Assembly (NCBI GenBank): GCA_017628025.1
Contig: JAGBZX010000006.1
Span: 3,433 to 67,432, forward strand
Direction: 5' to 3'
Length of the DNA: 64,000 bases
DNA from: Kiritimatiellia bacterium
GTDB lineage: Bacteria > Verrucomicrobiota > Kiritimatiellia > RFP12 > UBA1067
Positions 9,278 through 18,754 of the stretch are shown piece after piece (the stretch's first letter is position 1; every line of letters begins with the position of its first letter). Below the pieces are notes generated by a model that ran no database searches, was not told where the DNA came from, and saw only the letters and a program-made list of their open reading frames with translations. The position numbers and the translations under genes were made by a program.

Positions 9278-11137
9278 TCATTCAAACTTAACATTCTTCG
9301 TTGGAGCATGAACTTCATATGACTTATTTGTTGAATTCCAACTTTCTATACCGATAAATGTTGAGTCGCAAATTGGACCATTTACGAAAACTGCCGTTCC
9401 GCCAGCGGATTTGACATTTTTTACATGTATATTATGCATTTCTCCCATCGCACATGGGCGAGTGCGGCTATAATGAGCATCTCCTATTCGCAGAACAGAT
9501 TTTGACTTGTTTTTATTCCCTTTTGCAGTTTCTTCGATATTTTCAATTGTTATATGGTGAATTTTAATGCCATCTGCACATAAAAGCCTTACGATATTAT
9601 GTCCTCCAGAGCATTTTGTATTAATATTTCTAATTGTCACATTGTAAATGTCATCTGCCTCACCTAAATAGGAGTTTCCCCCAACTTGCATACCTAATGG
9701 TTTTTGTACGCTAGGCGCATCACGGAGCGCCGTTAACGCCACTGTATCATCGCCAGTTTGACCTAATATATTCTCAATTAATATATCATGACATCCCTTT
9801 CGCAAATCAATGCCATCTTGATTAAGCATTAGATTACTTGAATTAAACACTATATCATGTAGATAGCCCTTTGCACAACGTTCTTGAGAAATTGCCCATG
9901 ATTGGGTCTCTTCGACAGAAAAACCGCCAATTTCATAATCAACTACATCACACAGTAAAATTCCAATTGAGCGCCAACCATTTGCGTCACCTGATCTTCT
10001 TGGCAGATAGTGGTTGCGCTTGCCACCACTTAAAATAGCGCCATTACGACCAATAATACGTATATTTCTATTTGTCACTAATCCACCTTGTGTTGCTCCT
10101 ACATTTCTAATAAGATTATCTTGAACTCTATCTGCAAGTTCAACGCGACAACCATCAAAAATTAACGTAAAATCATCTGGCACTACAATAGCTCTAGATA
10201 GTCTCCATACGCCATCGCTAGAAAGAGTATTTTTGCTTAATGTCAAAATCCTAGTTCCGTCATCACAAGAAGCCTTTATTCGCTTGTCAATTTCATCAGA
10301 ATAAACAGAAGATGATTTTTTAAGTTGGACATCTGCAAAATCCATAAATTTTTCCCAATCGCAAGGCTCTAGTCTATCTTTTTCTTGAACATGATACCCA
10401 ACACGCTCAGGCAACTTGTATGCCTTATAAATATCTGTAGCGGCATCAAGAGCAAGTTTCTCGTTTGGAGTAGAACTAGCTACATAAACTAAACGAGGAG
10501 CAATTAATCTTAATAAGTCACCTGCATTTTCTTTTAATTTAACATCATTAGAAAGAAACGATCCGCTCGCTACAGCCATCGCAAAGCGCTCATCTTTTGC
10601 TGCTATACAAAGCGCAAGTTTACTTGCTTGATTGTGACCAACTAAAGCAACACGAGTAGCATCTAATTCAGAGCGAGTTTTTATCCAGTCCATTATACGA
10701 GAATTACGATACATTAAGCTTTCAAAAACTTCACTTGAAAAAGAATGATTGTTTAGTTTTATAAAAGCGTAACCTCGCGAAGTTATCATATTTGTGGGCT
10801 GACTATCCCTGCCAGTGTAATCTAAGAGAACCATCACTGGAACTTTATTTTTATCACTTGATTCTTTAGGCACAAAGAACGCTTCAATTAAAGGCTCTTC
10901 TTCATTTAATACCGCAGTATAAAAGAATTTTTCGTGTATACTTTTAAATGCCTTATCGCGCTCAAGTATCTCCCATTTTTTAACAAATGGCGAAACTCCC
11001 CACCAAATCCTAGGTCTTGAACTTGGCCCGTCACCTGCTCTGACTCTAGCAGTGCAAGAGGGAGATACTTCAAAATCGATTGCAGAACAACTAAAACCAA
11101 CAACTATACAAGCAATAAAAAATACATTAATTTTCAT
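9278..11137 (-). CDS. secreted two-domain enzyme: N-terminal alpha/beta-hydrolase (esterase-like) fused to a C-terminal parallel beta-helix GH28-like glycosidase domain
   Basis: 619 aa with signal peptide MKINVFFIACIVVGFSCSA. The C-terminal half has pectin-lyase-fold repeats with GH28-like NQDGID, TGDDTVAL and GGHN motifs. The esterase call for the N-terminal half is weaker. Confidence 0.6.
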   Translation of the reverse strand: MKINVFFIACIVVGFSCSAIDFEVSPSCTARVRAGDGPSSRPRIWWGVSPFVKKWEILERDKAFKSIHEKFFYTAVLNEEEPLIEAFFVPKESSDKNKVPVMVLLDYTGRDSQPTNMITSRGYAFIKLNNHSFSSEVFESLMYRNSRIMDWIKTRSELDATRVALVGHNQASKLALCIAAKDERFAMAVASGSFLSNDVKLKENAGDLLRLIAPRLVYVASSTPNEKLALDAATDIYKAYKLPERVGYHVQEKDRLEPCDWEKFMDFADVQLKKSSSVYSDEIDKRIKASCDDGTRILTLSKNTLSSDGVWRLSRAIVVPDDFTLIFDGCRVELADRVQDNLIRNVGATQGGLVTNRNIRIIGRNGAILSGGKRNHYLPRRSGDANGWRSIGILLCDVVDYEIGGFSVEETQSWAISQERCAKGYLHDIVFNSSNLMLNQDGIDLRKGCHDILIENILGQTGDDTVALTALRDAPSVQKPLGMQVGGNSYLGEADDIYNVTIRNINTKCSGGHNIVRLLCADGIKIHHITIENIEETAKGNKNKSKSVLRIGDAHYSRTRPCAMGEMHNIHVKNVKSAGGTAVFVNGPICDSTFIGIESWNSTNKSYEVHAPTKNVKFE

Positions 11138-11921
11138 TTTTTGCTCCTTTTATCAAACTGCTAAATTCTTTAATCAACATCTTTACCCTCTGGGCGTCAC
11201 TAGCATCGACAAATCCCTTGATAAATATTACGCCTTTTTCATTTTCCCATGCAGGCGCACCATCAGTAGTAATTGCTAGCTTGCCATAAGCACGCGCTTC
11301 AGCGATTGCCAAGCCAAAATTTTCTGTTAATGTCGGCAAACATACTACATCACACCAATTAAAAAGGAAATCTTTTTCCTCGCCTTTTGCATTTGTAGCT
11401 ATTCTTAATTCTATATCAGAAGTTTTAGCTAACTCTTTAATAGCACTTTCTAATAGATGAACACCCTTTAATGGATGGCGCCTACCTATATACAAAACTT
11501 TTAGTTTCTTCTCTTGCAATAAAGAAGCTGCGCCCTCTCTTACCTTGAAAAACTTCTTTAAATCTAACATTTCAACTTTAGCCTTTGGTTCATACTCATG
11601 AACCCAATTTCTTTCCGCATCACAAGTAACAATAACTTTTGCAGCGCGGCGTAAGAGAAATCTCTCTAGAGGTTTAACTAAATGTTTTTTTATTTTACCC
11701 TTCTTTTTAATCGCAACTCTGCTATATGAGCCGTGAGAAACTCTTATAAAACTTTTACCTTTGAAAATAAGTTTAAACGCTTTAATCCAAAGTTTTACAT
11801 TCCACGCCCCATGAAGTATAAAAAAGCCCTTATACAAACCTTCCTTTTCTATTATGTCTGCCACTACAGACATACCATTAGCAACTTCGCCATAGCCTGG
11901 GCAGAAAAATCGCTTATTCAT
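11127..11921 (-). CDS. glycosyltransferase (GT4/GT1-like, compact)
   Basis: 264 aa. The C-terminal part (YIGRRHPLKGVHLL ... PTLTENFGLAIAEA) matches the GT1/GT4 Rossmann E-x7-E region, but the protein is shorter than typical members. 4-nt overlap with the upstream gene. Confidence 0.6.
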   Translation of the reverse strand: MNKRFFCPGYGEVANGMSVVADIIEKEGLYKGFFILHGAWNVKLWIKAFKLIFKGKSFIRVSHGSYSRVAIKKKGKIKKHLVKPLERFLLRRAAKVIVTCDAERNWVHEYEPKAKVEMLDLKKFFKVREGAASLLQEKKLKVLYIGRRHPLKGVHLLESAIKELAKTSDIELRIATNAKGEEKDFLFNWCDVVCLPTLTENFGLAIAEARAYGKLAITTDGAPAWENEKGVIFIKGFVDASDAQRVKMLIKEFSSLIKGAKNEN

Positions 11922-12715
11922 GACGGCATCCTTTTAACTTTGGGCCACGCAGTCAAAAGACGGGCTATATTTTCTAACATTGTCATATCTTCAACTGCCA
12001 TATTTCTAAAGCAACCTTCTTGATCTTTATTTAAAAGCCCTGACTTCAACGCATACGGCACAAGCCCTATCTTTTGTATTAACTCATCTAGTTTGTTGCT
12101 ATTATGCCCGAAGGGATAAGAAAATTTAGTAGGTCTTTTACCAGTCCACTCTTCTATTTTACTTTGTGCTAATTCTATCTCCTCTAGCACCTCATCTATC
12201 GGTCGACTTGTACAACTTATATGACTATAGGTATGATTTCCAAAATCAATTAGTGGATGATTTGAAAGCTTAATAATATCATCTATTGCAAGAAGTCCAC
12301 CCTTAGGAGTATCTTTTCCTTCTAAATACTTATAGCGCTCTTTAGCACTAAGTTTCATAAGTTCTTTAAACTCTGACCTTGTCAAAGAATTACTTGCGTA
12401 TTCTGCCCAATTATAAGAACGCTCAATTTCTCCTGGCGAAATAAACAAAACAGCTTTTTTATTGTGTTTTTCCAATACTTTTATACAGTCCTTAATTGGC
12501 GCTCTACCGTCATCAAATGTTACCTGAACATTCTCTAGCCCTACTAATTTATCAAGCCTTGTTAAAATCCCATCTAAAAACTCTGGCGTTGGCGAATGGA
12601 AAAGCACAGGAACTATCAACTCATTTTTCCTACATCTTTTAACAATTTGTCGCCTCTTTAATGACACCATATAAAAAAGCGCAGTTAAAAAACCGATCTG
12701 TCGCCTAAAAATCAC
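11918..12715 (-). CDS. polysaccharide deacetylase (NodB/CE4 family)
   Basis: 265 aa with NodB motifs TFDDG and HTYSH. 4-nt overlaps on both sides. Confidence 0.7.
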   Translation of the reverse strand: MIFRRQIGFLTALFYMVSLKRRQIVKRCRKNELIVPVLFHSPTPEFLDGILTRLDKLVGLENVQVTFDDGRAPIKDCIKVLEKHNKKAVLFISPGEIERSYNWAEYASNSLTRSEFKELMKLSAKERYKYLEGKDTPKGGLLAIDDIIKLSNHPLIDFGNHTYSHISCTSRPIDEVLEEIELAQSKIEEWTGKRPTKFSYPFGHNSNKLDELIQKIGLVPYALKSGLLNKDQEGCFRNMAVEDMTMLENIARLLTAWPKVKRMPS

Positions 12716-14202
12716 TTTATTGACCTCGAAGAGTTCTCTAAATATTTTCTTATTAGTTCAATAAGAAATTTATTTCTATCAGTTTCAACGATAGAAGCAC
12801 GAGCAATTTTATAATCAGCAAATATCAAATCTAAAACGCGTTGCTCTACTCCTTTCCCTGCTACGCGGCAACTAAAACACATCTCTTGAATTGTATTAGC
12901 ATTAAGTGAAATAAAGCCAACAGTTCCATAATCGCCATACTTGTCTTTTGCTGTGACTATAAAGGGTTTAGATTTGCTTATAAGTTCATCGAAACTGTCT
13001 AAAGAATAGCGTCGTGAAGAAATGTTAAGTAAATTCGTTCTATTTAACAACTCAAAAGCTCGGTCTCGATATTGGCAAGAATATTCTAATAAATTAACTT
13101 CTAAATGACTCTCTTCGATAAACGCACCTAAATCGCCAGCAAAATCTTGTTCTAAAACTTTTTTACGATGCATTTCATTTCTATACGAAATACGTCTTTG
13201 TGAGCCTTCAGCAGAAGCCTTAGCCGGCAAAAGAGACCTAATTAATGAGATTTCATTTTCGCTAAATGTTCTAACCCCTGGCGCATTAAGTTCAACTTCC
13301 TTCCTTTGCTCCAGCCTATCGTCAATAAAAGCAATTTGATCAAATGGAATATTAAGATTTGACGATATTCGCTTAATGGATTTACTTTTTGACTCCCACG
13401 ATATTTCAGGAAATACAAAATACTGTTCTATATCAAATGCCTTTAAAACCTCTATGGTAGTAGCATAATCATTTTTACTTGCAATAGAATTAACTACTCC
13501 TAAGGAATCAAGTTCTTTTAAAAATGATAAACTTTTGTTTTTTAATTTACACTTATCACTACCGTCTTCTGACAATATCCCTTCCCACATTGTCCCATCT
13601 AAATCCCAAACTAAACATTTAATTAACTTAGGCTTATCTGCGTAAACAATATTCTCATAAAAATTAATTTCACTTGTTGGCTCTCCATTTGCTGAAAAAA
13701 TACTAAATAGCGCTCCGTCTGGAACACACGCTGGAGAGAACGAGAAGCGCATTTCTGTATTAGCCTTTAAATTCATAGGCGCAAAAAAAAGCTCCTTTCC
13801 ACCTGGAGAAGTTATCTTTACTCTTAATTGCTCATCATTGCGACTTTTTAGTCTAATTTGCCAACTATGAAACGAAGCTTTTGAACCTAAATATGAAAAT
13901 AGACGCCACCTTATCGCTCTATGCTTAAACCCAATAAATGACCAAAGAGGAGTTAAAATACGATTTATAAATGTAGCTAACTTTGATAAGTTTTTTGAAA
14001 TTCCTCGCGAACGCCAAACAAGTTCCATCTTCCCCCAACGACGAAAAGCTACCTTACACTGACCTGTGGATGTTTCAACGAACGACTCTAATCTTTTACA
14101 CCTACCATGCCAAGCACACTCAAACATGGGACATTCGTCGTAACATTTAGGCATGGCACACTCTGTGCAATGCTCTTCCCAAAACGACGCTGCGATTTTC
14201 AT
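12712..14202 (-). CDS. FkbH-like HAD-IIIC family protein with N-terminal Cys-rich extension
   Basis: 496 aa. HAD motif I VWDLDGTMWEG and downstream FVFPEISWESKSKSIKRI ... FIDD are typical of HAD-IIIC/FkbH. The N-terminal roughly 200 aa are unassigned and include CTECAMPKCYDECPMFECAWHGRC. Confidence 0.65.
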   Translation of the reverse strand: MKIAASFWEEHCTECAMPKCYDECPMFECAWHGRCKRLESFVETSTGQCKVAFRRWGKMELVWRSRGISKNLSKLATFINRILTPLWSFIGFKHRAIRWRLFSYLGSKASFHSWQIRLKSRNDEQLRVKITSPGGKELFFAPMNLKANTEMRFSFSPACVPDGALFSIFSANGEPTSEINFYENIVYADKPKLIKCLVWDLDGTMWEGILSEDGSDKCKLKNKSLSFLKELDSLGVVNSIASKNDYATTIEVLKAFDIEQYFVFPEISWESKSKSIKRISSNLNIPFDQIAFIDDRLEQRKEVELNAPGVRTFSENEISLIRSLLPAKASAEGSQRRISYRNEMHRKKVLEQDFAGDLGAFIEESHLEVNLLEYSCQYRDRAFELLNRTNLLNISSRRYSLDSFDELISKSKPFIVTAKDKYGDYGTVGFISLNANTIQEMCFSCRVAGKGVEQRVLDLIFADYKIARASIVETDRNKFLIELIRKYLENSSRSIK

Positions 14203-14927
14203 TTTGCCCCCTTTATGAACGACTTCACTTTGAGAGCGGAATCAATGACCCACCTAAGCCCATGCCAACTCATCCATTGCATAAATTTTCTTAATGGGGA
14301 AGCCCAACTCATCTCATAATGATGCACTGCTACTGTATCTGAGGTTAAATGAAGCTTTCCTTTTAAATCTATTGGGCTTAAAATCTCAGGAGGAAGAATT
14401 TTTACATCATAGGCAACTTTCTCGAGCTTTTCATTAATCCATGGCATCATTTCCATAGATGGGTCAAACTTTAGTTTCGAATATTCTTCTAACATAAACC
14501 TAGCTACGTTACTACCTCTTTTTAGTCGTATTCCACAGCCAGGATTAAGCCACGAGCCTAGTTTCGTCCACTCTGAAGCAATCCACTCATCATGAGGAAG
14601 CTTATTGATATCATTAACAAGCTCAACATCGAAATCAAAATATGTCCCGCCTTCTTCATAGAGTGCCTTCATTCGAACCCAATCGCTAAGCATCGCCCAT
14701 TTTTTTCCGGCAAAAGCGCCTCTCACAAATGGCGGCAGTTCATTTAAGGAAGAGTTACAAAGCTCCTCTATCTCTTTATCCCATCTTTTAATTTTAAAAT
14801 TGGGTGCGTATTTTTCCCAACTTTTTAAACACTTTTGCGCCATTGGAGAGAGTTCTCCACCAAACCAACAACAATGTATTACTAGAGGCTTCAATAACTC
14901 TAAATTGTCTGTTGAATTTTGGCTCAT
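14199..14927 (-). CDS. glycosyltransferase with DXD motif (GT32 / Gly_transf_sug-like)
   Basis: 242 aa. IHCCWFGG ... SW ... LSDWVRMKALYEEGGTYFDFD pattern is typical of the capsular/OCH1-type sugar-binding region. Confidence 0.6.
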   Translation of the reverse strand: MSQNSTDNLELLKPLVIHCCWFGGELSPMAQKCLKSWEKYAPNFKIKRWDKEIEELCNSSLNELPPFVRGAFAGKKWAMLSDWVRMKALYEEGGTYFDFDVELVNDINKLPHDEWIASEWTKLGSWLNPGCGIRLKRGSNVARFMLEEYSKLKFDPSMEMMPWINEKLEKVAYDVKILPPEILSPIDLKGKLHLTSDTVAVHHYEMSWASPLRKFMQWMSWHGLRWVIDSALKVKSFIKGAK

Positions 14928-14933
14928 ACGCTC

Positions 14934-15668
14934 TTATGAAGCCATATACCCACCATCAACAGGTATATCTGCACCAGTAACAAATGACGAGTCTGAGGAA
15001 ATAAGAAAACGCACAACCTTCGCAACATCCTCTGGCTGACCAAACCCTAGAACTTGGCGTTTTTCTAATTCTGCGATTTGTTCTTTTGTCTTAAACGCCG
15101 TTAGATTATCAAGCATGGGAGTATGAATATTAGAGGGGCTAATCGCATTAACTCGAACTCCCCGCGGAGCCAACTCTAGAGCCATCGATCTAATGAGCGA
15201 AGAAATCGCTCCTTTACTAGCGCAGTATGCCGCTCCTCCTACCCAACCACGCATTGCAGAGACAGATGAAATCGCGACAGCAGAGAAAGGAGCTTTTAAT
15301 GATTTCTTCAAAATCAACAAACGGATAAATTCTTGAAACGCATAGCAATTAACGCGCATCATCGAATCAATAAATTCTGAATCGGTATGAGATATGGGGC
15401 AAGCCCGACAAACACCAGCAGCATGAACAAGACCATCAACTTCACCTCTTTCGAGAGCCTTATTAACCAACTCTTCTATAGCTAAATTATCTCTCAAATC
15501 GGAAAGAATAACTTCAGAATTTGGCGTTAACTTCGAGGTTTTGTTTAATTCATCTAAATTGCGTCCAACAAGCACTACATCATAACCGCTAGAACCTAGT
15601 AGTATGGCCGAAGCTCTACCTATACCAGATGAAGCTCCTGTAACTAATATCCTTTTGCGTTGTGACAT
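14934..15668 (-). CDS. short-chain dehydrogenase/reductase (SDR)
   Basis: 244 aa with TGASSGIG cofactor motif and YCASK catalytic motif. Confidence 0.85.
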   Translation of the reverse strand: MSQRKRILVTGASSGIGRASAILLGSSGYDVVLVGRNLDELNKTSKLTPNSEVILSDLRDNLAIEELVNKALERGEVDGLVHAAGVCRACPISHTDSEFIDSMMRVNCYAFQEFIRLLILKKSLKAPFSAVAISSVSAMRGWVGGAAYCASKGAISSLIRSMALELAPRGVRVNAISPSNIHTPMLDNLTAFKTKEQIAELEKRQVLGFGQPEDVAKVVRFLISSDSSFVTGADIPVDGGYMAS

Positions 15669-15677
15669 AATATTCCT

Positions 15678-16724
15678 TTACGAATTACGCCAATTACCAG
15701 AAGATGATTGCGCCGACTCATCTTCATTTGTAGCAATCGTGGGCTTAAATGTTTTACAACCAATCTCAGATAGCACTGATGAAAGTTTAGCAAATTGCTC
15801 TTCATCTTCATAAAGCCCAACTATCGCCCCACCTGAGCCAGCGAATTTCGCGCTTGCCCCAACACTTCTAGCGCGAGAGACCATAGCTTTATTTTCTTCG
15901 CTAATATTAAAAACTTTAGTCCTTAAATCGAAATTTAAATTAATAAGCTCATTAAGAGTCTTATAATCGCCCTGTAACAACGCGTCTCTACCATTTTGCG
16001 CGACATCTGCTAAAGAAGACATAACGCTTTTAACTTCGGCATTATCAGCCAAAAAGAGGTTTCTAACAGCTTTATGTGCTTTGCCGCTTTCTTCAGCTCT
16101 ATTTGGATCAAACGATAAATACAAATTAGGTACAGAAGCATCTAATTTTTCATATCTACCGTAGCCATTAAGCTCAAGATACGAACGCTCAAAATCCATA
16201 AAGATTAACCCATTATACATTTGAACTACTCTATCTTGAAGCCCACAGGCAATACCTAACTCGTCACGCTCTGCTCTTAAACAAATTGTTGGCGTCTCTT
16301 CTAATGGGATCTCAATATCGTAAAAGCGCATAAGCGCCTTTAACATCGCAGAACAGATTGCACTTGAGCCAGACAAACCAACTAAGCGTGGAATGTTAAT
16401 TTTATATTCTGCAGTAAAATTAATTTTTGGTAATTCTATAGAATGCTCAAAGCAATATTCAAAAAAAAGCTTAGCAACAGCCTTTAACATTCTCACGCCA
16501 CCATAATAACCATACAGTCGTAAGTTTCTAACCAAATCTGCCGCATTATCAAACGACGCATCATCCACTTCACCAGGTACAAAACGCAGTCGTGAGCTTT
16601 CTGTTAATTGTAATTCTACACAATACTCACGAAATGTAAAACTAAGAGTTTTGCCATAGTAACCATCACTAGGATTACCTAATAACCCTGCTCGTGCAAA
16701 ACTTTTAGTAAAAACACTTTTCAT
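15678..16724 (-). CDS. GHMP-family sugar-1-kinase, glucuronokinase-like
   Basis: 348 aa. GLLGNPSDGYYGK, YYGGVR, GLSGSSAICSA (GHMP motif II), GLQDRVVQMYNGLIFMDF, NLNFDLR and KFAGSGGA match my recollection of plant-type glucuronokinase rather than GalK/MvaK. Confidence 0.65.
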   Translation of the reverse strand: MKSVFTKSFARAGLLGNPSDGYYGKTLSFTFREYCVELQLTESSRLRFVPGEVDDASFDNAADLVRNLRLYGYYGGVRMLKAVAKLFFEYCFEHSIELPKINFTAEYKINIPRLVGLSGSSAICSAMLKALMRFYDIEIPLEETPTICLRAERDELGIACGLQDRVVQMYNGLIFMDFERSYLELNGYGRYEKLDASVPNLYLSFDPNRAEESGKAHKAVRNLFLADNAEVKSVMSSLADVAQNGRDALLQGDYKTLNELINLNFDLRTKVFNISEENKAMVSRARSVGASAKFAGSGGAIVGLYEDEEQFAKLSSVLSEIGCKTFKPTIATNEDESAQSSSGNWRNS

Positions 16725-16727
16725 TTT

Positions 16728-17459
16728 TTAACCTCTAAAAATTGTAAGAGCTTGATAATAACCATCAGGATTGCCTATATCACAGCGCTTACCATCATAA
16801 ACAAACCCTTTTACTTCGCCAAACTTCGCATCTCGCGCAGCCCTTGCTATCGCATCTGTCAATTGAATTTCACCATTTTTTCCAGGCGCTTGGTTAGCCA
16901 GAAGCTCAAATATCTCACGCTTTAAAAGATATCTGCCAGCAACTGCTAGATTACTTGGCGCTAATTCAGGAGATGGCTTTTCAATCATATCTCTAATAGT
17001 TACCACAGAACTATTAGTATCATGGTCATCACACTTTACAATCCCATAACGGCTAGTTTTTTCTAATGGCACGCGTTCTAAGCCAATAACGGAAGCAAAG
17101 TTATTTTCTTTAGAAATTTTTACCATCTCCGATGCTGCCGAACATCCATGCACTAACGCATCACCTAGTAACACTAACACATCATCATCTGTACGCGCCT
17201 GAAGAACAGCATGTCCTAAACCTAATTGCTCTTCTTGATATACAAAATCGATATCACTAGAAGAAGTAAAATAATCGCGAATCATTTCTTTTTGATGAGA
17301 GATTACGATTGTTATCCCATCAACACCAGCTAAGCGAGCTTCTTCGACAATTAGCTCAAGTGCTGGTTTTGAACCGATAGGAAGCATCTCCTTAGGAATA
17401 ATTTTAGAAACGGGAGCAAAACGCGTCCCTAAACCTGCTGCTGTGATAATGGCTTTCAT
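16728..17459 (-). CDS. sugar-1-phosphate nucleotidyltransferase (GalU/UTP-glucose-1-P uridylyltransferase-like)
   Basis: 243 aa. N-terminal AAGLGTRFAPVSKIIPKEMLPI is the GalU-type signature. Confidence 0.8.
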   Translation of the reverse strand: MKAIITAAGLGTRFAPVSKIIPKEMLPIGSKPALELIVEEARLAGVDGITIVISHQKEMIRDYFTSSSDIDFVYQEEQLGLGHAVLQARTDDDVLVLLGDALVHGCSAASEMVKISKENNFASVIGLERVPLEKTSRYGIVKCDDHDTNSSVVTIRDMIEKPSPELAPSNLAVAGRYLLKREIFELLANQAPGKNGEIQLTDAIARAARDAKFGEVKGFVYDGKRCDIGNPDGYYQALTIFRG

Positions 17460-18691
17460 TTACGTTTATTATACCACTTTTTCTTGCGTTTTTCACGCTT
17501 TTTATCTTCGGTGTGAACTTTCTTTACTTGAATAGTCTCTACTTCAGCAAATTTTGGTAGATTTTCTTTAAATGGAATAGTGCGTTTAATAAAATGTTCT
17601 ATACTCTTAAGAAGCTTTAATTCTTCTGAACAGACTAATGAATAAGCTATCCCTGCATCTCCTGCTCGAGCTGTTCTACCAATGCGGTGAACATAACTTT
17701 CCAACTCAAGCGGCAAATCATAATTAATTACGCAAGAAACACCCTGAACATCTATACCGCGAGATGCAATATCTGTAGCAACTAAAACTCTATTCTCACC
17801 ATTCTTAAATGCATCAAGCGCCCTAGTTCTTTGATTTTGCGTTTTATCCGAATGAATTGCCGCGCCCTTAATGCCGGCCTTCATTAATTTGCGCTGCACA
17901 CGATCTGCAGAGTGTCGCATTTTTACAAAAACAATAACTTTATCCCATGAGGGATTTTGTTTTAAAACATTTATCAGACTCTGACACTTTTCGGGACGCT
18001 CAACCTTAATTGCGAATTGGTCTATTTTTTCCACCGCAGGACTTTCAGGCGAAATTTCAATATGCTCAGGTTCTTTCACTAATTGCTCTGCCAATTTAAC
18101 CACTTGCGGCGGCATTGTAGCAGAGAAAAACATCGTCTGTCTCTTTAAGGGCAACTTTGACATTATCCGCTTGATATCGGGCAAAAACCCCATATCAAGC
18201 ATTCTGTCGGCCTCGTCAAGAACAAACGCCTCAACTTGATCTAAAAAAACCATCCCCTGGGTCATTAAATCAATAAGCCTACCGGGGCAGGCTATCATAA
18301 CTTCTGCCCCACGCTTAATATCCTTAACCTGACCGCCTTGCGAAACACCACCTATAAGACAGGCGACAGGAATATCGGCATACTTTAAATATAACTTCGT
18401 GTTGCGGGCTATTTGAACTGCCAACTCTCTAGTTGGAGAAATAACCAGCACCCTGGGCTTGCCTATGCGCCTGGGCTTACGAATACGGATTAAGAGATTA
18501 AGAACAGGCAACATAAACGCAGCGGTTTTACCAGTGCCAGTCTGAGCGGACGCGACAAGATCTTTTTGAGCCAAAAGAACTGGTATCGCTTTTTCTTGAA
18601 CAGGAGTAGGCGTTTTGTACGAAGCATCTAAAATAGCCTTCTGCAATATATTATCTAACCTACCGAAAACAGTGCCTTTATATATTTCCAT
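17456..18691 (-). CDS. DEAD-box ATP-dependent RNA helicase (RhlE/CsdA-like)
   Basis: 411 aa with Q-motif region, AQTGTGKT, DEAD, SAT and HRIGRTARAG motifs and a Lys-rich tail. The stop overlaps the downstream nucleotidyltransferase start as ATGA. Confidence 0.92.
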   Translation of the reverse strand: MEIYKGTVFGRLDNILQKAILDASYKTPTPVQEKAIPVLLAQKDLVASAQTGTGKTAAFMLPVLNLLIRIRKPRRIGKPRVLVISPTRELAVQIARNTKLYLKYADIPVACLIGGVSQGGQVKDIKRGAEVMIACPGRLIDLMTQGMVFLDQVEAFVLDEADRMLDMGFLPDIKRIMSKLPLKRQTMFFSATMPPQVVKLAEQLVKEPEHIEISPESPAVEKIDQFAIKVERPEKCQSLINVLKQNPSWDKVIVFVKMRHSADRVQRKLMKAGIKGAAIHSDKTQNQRTRALDAFKNGENRVLVATDIASRGIDVQGVSCVINYDLPLELESYVHRIGRTARAGDAGIAYSLVCSEELKLLKSIEHFIKRTIPFKENLPKFAEVETIQVKKVHTEDKKREKRKKKWYNKRK

Positions 18692-18717
18692 TTCTTACCT
18701 ACCGCTTATGACCTGTT

Positions 18718-18754
18718 AAGAAAATGCATCTGGACGCTAATAGCCCCCAGATGC
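18718..18754 (-). terminator. rho-independent terminator downstream of pnp
   Basis: Minus strand reads GCATCTGG-(13 nt loop)-CCAGATGC, a perfect 8-bp stem (18726-18733 / 18747-18754), followed by ATTTTCTT. Confidence 0.6.
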
